From contig CACZCD010000008.1 in assembly GCA_902779565.1 (NCBI GenBank), positions 571-64,570 of the forward strand: a stretch of 64,000 nucleotides of DNA. Direction: 5' to 3'. The DNA is from an uncultured bacterium (GTDB lineage Bacteria > Verrucomicrobiota > Kiritimatiellia > RFP12 > UBA1067). Both the position numbers and the translations under genes were made by a program. Under the pieces are notes generated by a model. It worked only from the letters and a program-made list of their open reading frames with translations. It searched no databases and was not told the DNA's origin. Shown here in pieces: positions 9,613-16,951 of the stretch; position 1 is the stretch's first letter, and the number at the start of each line of letters is the position of its first letter.

Positions 9613-9621
9613 TGGTATAAT
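9613..9621 (+). promoter_or_regulatory. extended -10 box TGGTATAAT, leaderless dgoD transcript
   Basis: TATAAT ends at 9621 and the dgoD ATG is at 9629 (7-nt gap). There is no room for an SD. Confidence 0.55.
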
Positions 9622-9628
9622 GCGCGCC

Positions 9629-10777
9629 ATGAAAATAACAGAAGTCAACGTCTATTTTGTCCGCCCGCGCTGGGGCTTCGTGGAAATCATCACCGACGGC
9701 GGTCTTTCGGGCTGGGGTGAAGCCGTTCTGGAAGGGCACGCGAAGGCCGTGCTCGCGTGCGTGGAGGAATACCGCGACTACCTGATCGGCCAGGATCCTT
9801 CGCGCATCGAGGATATCTGGAGCACCATCTACCGCGCGGGGTTCTACCGCGGCGGCGGCGTGATGATGAGCGCGCTCTCCGGCATCGACCAGGCGCTCTG
9901 GGACATCAAGGGCAAGGTGTTCAACGCGCCGTGCTACGAGCTGATGGGCGGACGGTGCCGCGACCGCATGAAGGTGTATTCCTGGATCGGCGGGGACCGG
10001 CCCGGCGACACGGGGCGCGCCGCCAAGGAGAAGATGGAGGCCGGCTTCTCGGCCGTGAAGATGAACGCCACCGAAGAGCTGCAGATGATCGACACCTACA
10101 ACAAGGTGGATGCCGTGCTTTCCCGCGTACAGGAGATCCGCGACGCCTGCGGCAAGTACTTCGGCATCGCGATCGACTTCCATGGACGCGTCCACAAGCC
10201 GATGGCGAAGGTGCTCGCGAAGAAGCTCGAACAGTTTGACCCGATGTTCATCGAAGAGCCCGTCCTCTGCGAGCATCTGGAGGACTTCAAGGAGATCGCC
10301 GCCGCGTGCAACGTGCCGATCGCGACGGGCGAACGCCTCTTCACGAAGTACGACTTCAAGCGTCTGCTCGCCGCGGGCGGCGTGGACATCATCCAGCCCG
10401 ACCTTTCGCACGCGGGCGGTCTCACGGAGGTGAAGAAGATCGGTGCGATGGCCGAGTCCTACGACGTGGCGCTCGCGCCGCACTGCCCGCTCGGGCCGAT
10501 CGCGCTCGCCGCCTGCCTGCAGGTGGACGCCACGAGCTACAACGCCGTCATCCAGGAGCAGTCTATCGGCATCCACTACAACGTGGGCAAGACGGTTCTT
10601 GACTATGTGACGAACAAGGACGACTTCAAGTTCACGGACGGCTATGTGAACCTGCCGCGTCTGCCCGGTCTCGGCGTGGAGGTGAACAAGGAGCTTGTCC
10701 TTGAGGAGAACAAGACGCCCCACAACTGGAAGAACCCGGTCTGGCGCCACGCCGACGGCTCCGTCGCCGAGTGGTGA
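9629..10777 (+). CDS. dgoD: D-galactonate dehydratase (enolase superfamily)
   Basis: Co-linear with E. coli DgoD as I recall it: MKITEV..., DYLIGQDPSRIEDIW, YRAGFYRGGGVMMSALSGIDQALWDIKGKV, FIEEPV, QPDLSHAGG, LAPHCPLGPIALAACL, NPVWRHADGSVAEW*. Confidence 0.92.
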   Translation: MKITEVNVYFVRPRWGFVEIITDGGLSGWGEAVLEGHAKAVLACVEEYRDYLIGQDPSRIEDIWSTIYRAGFYRGGGVMMSALSGIDQALWDIKGKVFNAPCYELMGGRCRDRMKVYSWIGGDRPGDTGRAAKEKMEAGFSAVKMNATEELQMIDTYNKVDAVLSRVQEIRDACGKYFGIAIDFHGRVHKPMAKVLAKKLEQFDPMFIEEPVLCEHLEDFKEIAAACNVPIATGERLFTKYDFKRLLAAGGVDIIQPDLSHAGGLTEVKKIGAMAESYDVALAPHCPLGPIALAACLQVDATSYNAVIQEQSIGIHYNVGKTVLDYVTNKDDFKFTDGYVNLPRLPGLGVEVNKELVLEENKTPHNWKNPVWRHADGSVAEW

Positions 10778-10781
10778 TTGC

Positions 10782-11720
10782 ATGCGCAATGGTTTAAAGG
10801 CTGCGTTCTGCGCCGTTTTGGGCGCCCTTGCGGCGGGCGTTGCAGTTGCGGGGGCGGAGAATCGGAGCGGTACGGCCTCGGGATCGCCGTCGTCTTCGCC
10901 GCCCGTGACGTTCCGTGTGGCCACATTCAATATCCGGATCGACGTTGGCAAGAAGGGCCAGCCGATCGACAAGGGCGACAATGCCTGGCCCAAACGGCTG
11001 CCACGGGTTGTGAAGGTCATACGGGACGGCGGTTTCGCCCTGATCGGATTCCAGGAGGTAACCAAGAGCATGTGGTCCAATCTCGTCACGTCCCTGCCAG
11101 AGTATGCGTTTGCCGATGGACCAGACAAGCAGGGTCCGAACCCGATCGCCTACAATCCGAAACTGTTCGAACGCATGGACTCCGGAAGGTTCGCGCTTTC
11201 GGCGAAGCCTAACGACTTCAATGCGCCGACATGGGGCGCTTCGGGCGTGCGCATTTGCCAATGGGCAAAGCTGAAGCACAAGCCGACCGGACGCATCATT
11301 CGGGTGTTCTGCCAGCATCCGGACTGGAAGAGCCAGGAGTCGCGTTCGAAGGGTATGGCGCTTGTCCTCGGGAAGGCGAAGAAGGCGATCTCCGAGGGCG
11401 AGGATGTGATTATGACAGGTGATCTGAACGAGATGATCGGCGGCACGGTTTCCTGGTCGCCGCCCGATCCCGAGCGCCCGTTCGGCGACTCCATCCGCCT
11501 GGCGAAGGACGTGCTGCGCGATGCCTTCGAAGCGACAGAAACTCCCCATACAGGCCCTGTCTTTACGTTTCATGGCTATAAACCGTCGGCAACGCTGCGT
11601 CTCGACTACATCTTCGTGTCCGACGCATTCCGTGTGCTGCGTCATCACACGCATGCAGACCGTCCGGGCGGCAAGTTCCCGTCCGACCACGACGCCGTTT
11701 CGGCCTTGCTCGGCCTTTAG
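10782..11720 (+). CDS. secreted endonuclease/exonuclease/phosphatase (EEP) family protein
   Basis: Signal peptide MRNGLKAAFCAVLGALAAGVAVAGA. EEP motifs VATFNIR, IGFQEV, GDLN and a terminal SDHDAV. ATG 10782 is preferred; the track start overlaps dgoD. Confidence 0.75.
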   Translation: MRNGLKAAFCAVLGALAAGVAVAGAENRSGTASGSPSSSPPVTFRVATFNIRIDVGKKGQPIDKGDNAWPKRLPRVVKVIRDGGFALIGFQEVTKSMWSNLVTSLPEYAFADGPDKQGPNPIAYNPKLFERMDSGRFALSAKPNDFNAPTWGASGVRICQWAKLKHKPTGRIIRVFCQHPDWKSQESRSKGMALVLGKAKKAISEGEDVIMTGDLNEMIGGTVSWSPPDPERPFGDSIRLAKDVLRDAFEATETPHTGPVFTFHGYKPSATLRLDYIFVSDAFRVLRHHTHADRPGGKFPSDHDAVSALLGL

Positions 11721-11763
11721 ATGGACGCTATTCAGCCCATTACTTCAAAATGGGCAAAAAGAC

Positions 11764-11791
11764 TTGACATAAATAGACTCTATGATATATT
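11764..11791 (+). promoter_or_regulatory. sigma70 promoter of adhesin-like gene 1
   Basis: TTGACA 11764-11769, 16-nt spacer, TGaTATATT 11783-11791. AAGGAGG SD at 11810-11816, ATG at 11826. Confidence 0.5.
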
Positions 11792-11825
11792 ACGCAGCAG
11801 TTAGTTTTTAAGGAGGATTGTTGCT

Positions 11826-12638
11826 ATGATGAGAAGAGGGTTTTGTGCGGTCGTGATTTCGTTGACGGCACTGTCGCTGTCAGTAGTCTATGCGACGGAC
11901 TACACATGGAACGGCGGAGCGTCCGGTGAATGGACGACACCATCCAACTGGCTACCCGATACCGGCTACCCGAACGCCGCGGACGATACGGCGGCGTTCA
12001 CGCCCTCGGCGGCGACGGCGGTCACCATCGGTTCGGCGGTGACGGTGCAGGGAATCACGGTGGGCGGCACAAGCGCGCTCACGATCACCGGCGAGGCGAT
12101 CACGCTCGGATCAGGCGGCATCACGAACACCTCGACGGCGGCGGTGGGCATCTCGGGTACGCTTTCCAGCTCCAATCCGGCGGGTCCGCTGCATCTCGGC
12201 GGCGTGATCTCCGGTTCGGGCGGACTGTACAAGACCGGCTCCGGCGAGCTCCACCTGTACGGCGCGAACACGTTCACGGGCAACTTTGAGGCATTGGGAA
12301 CGGGCAATACCAAGACCGGCGCGACAATCTCCAGCACAACCCTCGGTTCCGGCGAGACGTTCATCTACGACGGCAGTGCGCTTGGTGCGACGCACGCCTA
12401 CTTCGACAAAGGGAAGACTCAGGAGACCAGCTTGGGCGCACGGCTCAATGTCATCGGTCCGATGATGATCGACATCCCGATTCAGCTGACCGGCGACAAA
12501 AGCAATAACAATTCATTGCTTCTCAGCGGCGGGGACATAACGTTCAACGGGGATGTTGATAGCAAAGGCCGCGCACGGATACGCCTGAAGAGCGCCATCA
12601 AGGTCCATTTCAAGGGAAAACTGACGCATACGAACTAG
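11826..12638 (+). CDS. autotransporter-associated beta-strand-repeat adhesin-like protein 1, N-terminal part (ends at an in-frame TAG)
   Basis: Signal peptide MMRRGFCAVVISLTALSLSVVYA. TDYTWNGGASGEWTTPSNW and ITVGGTSALTITGEAITLGSGGITN match the TIGR02601-type repeat signature. The frame continues open immediately after TAG 12636-12638. Confidence 0.7.
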   Translation: MMRRGFCAVVISLTALSLSVVYATDYTWNGGASGEWTTPSNWLPDTGYPNAADDTAAFTPSAATAVTIGSAVTVQGITVGGTSALTITGEAITLGSGGITNTSTAAVGISGTLSSSNPAGPLHLGGVISGSGGLYKTGSGELHLYGANTFTGNFEALGTGNTKTGATISSTTLGSGETFIYDGSALGATHAYFDKGKTQETSLGARLNVIGPMMIDIPIQLTGDKSNNNSLLLSGGDITFNGDVDSKGRARIRLKSAIKVHFKGKLTHTN

Positions 12639-12671
12639 CTGGATCTCCATGTTGTCGTAGCCGGAGCCGAG

Positions 12672-15600
12672 GTGTACCTCTACAAGCCGATCTACAATTC
12701 CACCTGGTTCAGTGACAACAAAGTGGGCGCTAAGCTGCATCTGCTCGGTACGGGCGGGACGTTGGTGAACTGGTTCCATGACGCCGGCACCATAGTGTGC
12801 GACGACGAGGACGTAATACCTCCCCTGCTGAACTTTTTTCAGTTCAACACGGACGCCTGCATCATTGATCTCAACGGCTATGACCAGAGTTGCACAACCG
12901 TTAACGTATCGAATATCAAATTTACATACGTGCCGACGATATCGAGTCCTGAAGGGCGTCCTGCAAAGATGCGTTTTGTTGGGACAAAGCTCCGCTCGTT
13001 CGGCATGGCGATGAAGTTCACTGGCACGTCGGGCATGGAGTGGGATCCGCAAAATGCGGAGATAGCATATACGCAGAGCAACACGGTCTCCACGACCACG
13101 GGCGAGCTGGACATCAAGAGCGGCATGTACCGGCTGACCAAAGGCGCGACGTTCACGGCACTTTCCTCGTTCAAGCTTGCGGACGGCGCGAGCTTTGAGG
13201 TGGCGAGCGGTTCGGGCAACGGCTTTCAGGCCATGACCGCTGAGGTCGGGAGCACGGCGACGTTTTCGCTCCCGAGCGACGTGAACCTCTCTTTCGGAAC
13301 GCTGACCCTCGGCGGAAATCCCGTGGCGGAGGGGACGGTGCTGACGGCGACTTCACATCCCGGGTTGGTCTCTGGTGCGGGCAGGATCACGGTAACGGGC
13401 GCACGCGCGAAGGCCTACTGGAAGGGCGCGGCTGGCGGACGCTGGGGCGATGCCGCGAACTGGTCCATCAACTCGGTGCCGGACATGAACTACGATGTGG
13501 TGCTCACGAACGCGTCGGTGCTTGTGGATGAGGCGATCGCGCCGGTACACACGATCACGGTCGGCGACGGCACGAAGGCGGCCACGATTACCGTGACGAA
13601 CGCGAACTCCACGCTCACGGCGAACTATTTTGCCATCAAGGACAAGGGGGTGGTGACGAGTGCGGGGCCGTTCACGAACGCGATGTACATGTCGCGCGTG
13701 CATATCGTCTGCACGAACCTTGAGATTATGGCGGGCGGCAAGATCGATGTGTCTGAGAAGGGATGGTCGGGAGCGGTTTGGACGAACATACCTGGTGACA
13801 CGAGATACGCGGTATTGTCGCACTTCGGATATGGACCCGGCGCGGGAGGCCCCGTCATAAACGGTTTGGCTGGTTTGTCTGGCGCATGGCATGGCGGGCG
13901 CGGTTCGTCGTATTGGCTGCTCTCAAATACGCAGAAGGTGATCTATGGCGATGCGGCTCATCCGGTCACGCCGGGTTCCGGCGGAGACCTGCCGATCGGC
14001 TACGGCGGCACGGCAAGCGGCGGCGTGCGGCGCGGCTGGTCTGGCGGCGGCGTGGTGCGGATCGAGGCGACGGGAGATGTGGCTGTCAAAGGGTCGATTC
14101 TCGCAAACGGCAAAGGATCGGAGGATAGAGGCGGGAACCGCGACACGGGGTCATCCGGCGGATCCATCTGGATCACGTGCAAGACGCTCTCGGGGTCCGG
14201 CACCATCAGCGCGGAAGGCGGCAGCGGCGGCGATCCGCGCATGCCGGCGGGGTTCTGGCGCAACGACAAGACGACCGACCTCAAGTTTGGGTTCCCGGGC
14301 GGCGGTGGGCGTATCGCAATTGATTACGATTCCGCAGCGCAGGCGGAGGCCAACGTGGACGGAATCTTCATCTCGGCGGCGGCGGGTGAGCACCATACGG
14401 GCTACACTTCGCTCGCGACGCGCGACAACTGGGAGGACGCGGCGGAATCGGGGACTCTGCACTTCAGCGACACGGCGCTCGTGAAGCGCCTTTTCGGCAA
14501 GGGCATCTCCGGTCGCGTGGTGGGGCTTACGGGGCTTTCGTTCGACGGAGATCTCGATTTCACGCGCGGGTTCTTCCAGCCGATGGAGGAGGGCTTCACG
14601 CTCACGGTGGCGGGCGATCTCACGGTGACCAGCAAGACGGCGAGGCTTGAGGTGGGCGGCGTGTGCCTGACGAACCTCTCCTCGCGCCCGACGATCTGGG
14701 GCGGACGGCAGCTGAACCTGCTGACGGTGGGCGGCGACTTTACGGTGGCGAACGGCGGCTCGTTCGCGATCCGGGCGGCCGAGACGAACGCCTCGATGCG
14801 GTGGGGCGCGGAGGTGCGCGTGACGGGCGCGATGACGGTCGGCTCCAACGGCTACGTGTACGCATCGAGCGATGGCGTGAACTTCGGTGCGCCGCGTTTC
14901 CGGCCGGGGTCGCTTACGGTCGCCAGAGGCGGCACGCTTTCGGCGGACAAGCGCGGCGGGTTGGGGCGGCATGTCGATTCTACCCGACGCAATTTGGGAT
15001 ATCCCGCCGACTTGAACAACAACTATGGCTATGGCCCGGGCGGCGGGTACAAGCCGAACGCGGCGGGGCACGGCGGACGCGGCGGACGTTCCGGCATTGT
15101 GGGCGCGCAGCTGTATGGCATATATGGCGAACCGTATGACGACGAGTGGTTCCCGATCTGGCCCGGTTCCGGCGGCGGGTGCGATGCGGTCAGCGCATCC
15201 TATGGTTCAGGAGGTACGGGCGGCGGCATCATCCATGTGACGACACCGGGCGCGATCGTGGTGGATGGCACGGTGTCGGCGGATGGCGGCATGGATGCGT
15301 TCTACAGTACGGATCAAATGTACCGGTTCGGTGCGGGTTCCGGCGGCACGGTGTTCCTTTTCGGCGAGACGTTCACGGGCGGCGAGGGCGCACAGATCAC
15401 GGTAAAAGGTGGCGACGGCTACCAGCGCTCGCAAGGCAACCAGCTTACCGGCACGGGTGCGGGTGGACGCATCGCCATCTGGACGGGCTATAGCATCCAT
15501 GAAGGCGGCACGTTCCATACGCACAAGCGCATGGAATGCCCGTTCGAGTTCGCGGGGACGTTTAGCGCGGCGGCGGGCGAACGGCTGATTCCGCCAGAAG

Positions 15601-15710
15601 GCTCGCAGCCGAATTCCGCAGAGGATATCGCGTTCAGTATCGGCGAAAGCGGCACGGTGCGCTTCGGCGAGTACGTGCGCGTGCCCGGAGCGAGGATCAT
15701 CATAAGGTAG
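12672..15710 (+). CDS. adhesin-like protein 1, C-terminal ~1,020 aa (same frame as 11826..12638)
   Basis: Gly-rich beta-helix-like repeats (SGGSIWITCKTLSGSGTISAEGGSGG). Co-linear paralog of 16521..19610. Track start 12672 is a GTG with no SD, so it is probably not an independent initiation site. Confidence 0.7.
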   Translation: MYLYKPIYNSTWFSDNKVGAKLHLLGTGGTLVNWFHDAGTIVCDDEDVIPPLLNFFQFNTDACIIDLNGYDQSCTTVNVSNIKFTYVPTISSPEGRPAKMRFVGTKLRSFGMAMKFTGTSGMEWDPQNAEIAYTQSNTVSTTTGELDIKSGMYRLTKGATFTALSSFKLADGASFEVASGSGNGFQAMTAEVGSTATFSLPSDVNLSFGTLTLGGNPVAEGTVLTATSHPGLVSGAGRITVTGARAKAYWKGAAGGRWGDAANWSINSVPDMNYDVVLTNASVLVDEAIAPVHTITVGDGTKAATITVTNANSTLTANYFAIKDKGVVTSAGPFTNAMYMSRVHIVCTNLEIMAGGKIDVSEKGWSGAVWTNIPGDTRYAVLSHFGYGPGAGGPVINGLAGLSGAWHGGRGSSYWLLSNTQKVIYGDAAHPVTPGSGGDLPIGYGGTASGGVRRGWSGGGVVRIEATGDVAVKGSILANGKGSEDRGGNRDTGSSGGSIWITCKTLSGSGTISAEGGSGGDPRMPAGFWRNDKTTDLKFGFPGGGGRIAIDYDSAAQAEANVDGIFISAAAGEHHTGYTSLATRDNWEDAAESGTLHFSDTALVKRLFGKGISGRVVGLTGLSFDGDLDFTRGFFQPMEEGFTLTVAGDLTVTSKTARLEVGGVCLTNLSSRPTIWGGRQLNLLTVGGDFTVANGGSFAIRAAETNASMRWGAEVRVTGAMTVGSNGYVYASSDGVNFGAPRFRPGSLTVARGGTLSADKRGGLGRHVDSTRRNLGYPADLNNNYGYGPGGGYKPNAAGHGGRGGRSGIVGAQLYGIYGEPYDDEWFPIWPGSGGGCDAVSASYGSGGTGGGIIHVTTPGAIVVDGTVSADGGMDAFYSTDQMYRFGAGSGGTVFLFGETFTGGEGAQITVKGGDGYQRSQGNQLTGTGAGGRIAIWTGYSIHEGGTFHTHKRMECPFEFAGTFSAAAGERLIPPEGSQPNSAEDIAFSIGESGTVRFGEYVRVPGARIIIR

Positions 15711-15756
15711 TGGTTAGTGGTTAGTTGTTAGTGGTTAGTTGTTAGTGGTTAATGGA
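15708..15756 (+). repeat. tandem heptamer array (TAGTKGT) x7
   Basis: The first TAG (15708-15710) is the stop codon of adhesin gene 1. The array runs into TAATGGAGA, the SD of the next gene. Confidence 0.9.
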
Positions 15757-15763
15757 GACAACG

Positions 15764-16951
15764 ATGAAGCGAGCGGTTGTTCTTGTTGCGGCGGTGGCGG
15801 CGGTTTCGGCTTTCGCCGAGGACTATGTGTGGAACGGCGGGGCGTCCGGCGAGTGGACGCAGGCGGCAAACTGGCTGCCGAATACCGGCTATCCCGATGG
15901 CGCGGACGATACGGCGGCGTTCACGCCCTCGGCGGCGACAGAGGTCACCATCGGCTCGGCGGTGACGGTGCAGGGAATCACGGTGGATGGCACAAGCGCG
16001 CTCACGATCACCGGCGAGGCGATCACGCTTGGATCGGGCGGCCTAACGAGCACCTCAACGGCGGCGGTGGGCATCTCGAACAACCTCGTGATCGCGACGG
16101 CCGCGACGCCGCTCGCGGTCAACGGGCCGGCGACGCTCGCAGCCGCTACGCCGGCGGGTCCGCTGCACCTTGGCGGCGTGATCTCCGGCGCAGGTGGAAT
16201 TGCGAAGACGGGTTCGGGCGCGTTGCATCTGTACGGCGCGAACACGTTCACGGGAGATTTCACTTCCGAAGGCAACAGCAAGCGACCAGATGGGACGGCG
16301 ATCACGTCAGCGACTAATGGTAAGTCGTACACGAAGGATGGGTCGAGCGAAGTGTTCATCTACGACGGCGCGGCGTTGGGAGCGGGCACGGCGACGTTCG
16401 ACTCGGGAGCGGGCACCGGCAACATCAAAGGAAGCCGCCTTACGGTGGCGGGACCTATGACGGTGACGACAGACTTGGTGCTTTCCGGCGACTATGCCGA
16501 CGGTAACGGTTCGATGAAGTTTGCGGTTACGGGTGTGTACAGGTTCAAGGGCACGGTGTCTTCGCCGTTCCGCCTGCGGGTGGGGTGCCCGGACTGGCTC
16601 TACGGGGGTATTCAACATATACTACGAAGGGACGCTGAACGTGAGCCTGCTGAACGGAAGCGGAAACTATTCACATGTGTACCTGATGACCACCGGCAAC
16701 TCGTTCTCCCAAAGCGGGGCGCTGACCATGCACTGCGGGGTGGAGAATGCCTATCCCGCCACCAGAAGCGGAGTATGGCGGTGGAACAGCAACTATATGA
16801 AGCTGGATCTGGGCGGGTACGATCAGAAGATAACGTCCATCAGCGGTTACGAGGAGAAGGCGAACCAGCACGGGTTCTTGTCTGCGACACCGGCGAAGGT
16901 GCGGTTCGTGGGTGTGGGAAGCAACTTCTCGTTCGGTGGGTGCTTCTATGA
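15764..16951 (+). CDS. adhesin-like protein 2, N-terminal part (frame lost near 16,600)
   Basis: MKRAVVLVAAVAAVSAFA signal peptide and EDYVWNGGASGEWTQAANW...ITVDGTSALTITGEAITLGSGGLTS. Co-linearity with gene 1 ends after ...VYRFKGTVSSPFRLRVG. The remaining ORF tail to 16951 is out of register. Confidence 0.65.
   Translation: MKRAVVLVAAVAAVSAFAEDYVWNGGASGEWTQAANWLPNTGYPDGADDTAAFTPSAATEVTIGSAVTVQGITVDGTSALTITGEAITLGSGGLTSTSTAAVGISNNLVIATAATPLAVNGPATLAAATPAGPLHLGGVISGAGGIAKTGSGALHLYGANTFTGDFTSEGNSKRPDGTAITSATNGKSYTKDGSSEVFIYDGAALGAGTATFDSGAGTGNIKGSRLTVAGPMTVTTDLVLSGDYADGNGSMKFAVTGVYRFKGTVSSPFRLRVGCPDWLYGGIQHILRRDAEREPAERKRKLFTCVPDDHRQLVLPKRGADHALRGGECLSRHQKRSMAVEQQLYEAGSGRVRSEDNVHQRLRGEGEPARVLVCDTGEGAVRGCGKQLLVRWVLL

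Noticed and set aside
12636-12638. Stop-codon reassignment (TAG read as an amino acid, for example pyrrolysine or an alternative genetic code) as the explanation for the in-frame TAG.
   Set aside because: TAG clearly terminates several well-defined ORFs here, at 11720, 15710, 19610, 24720 and 62473. It is also the core of the stop-array repeats placed right at gene ends. No pyl-type genes are seen.
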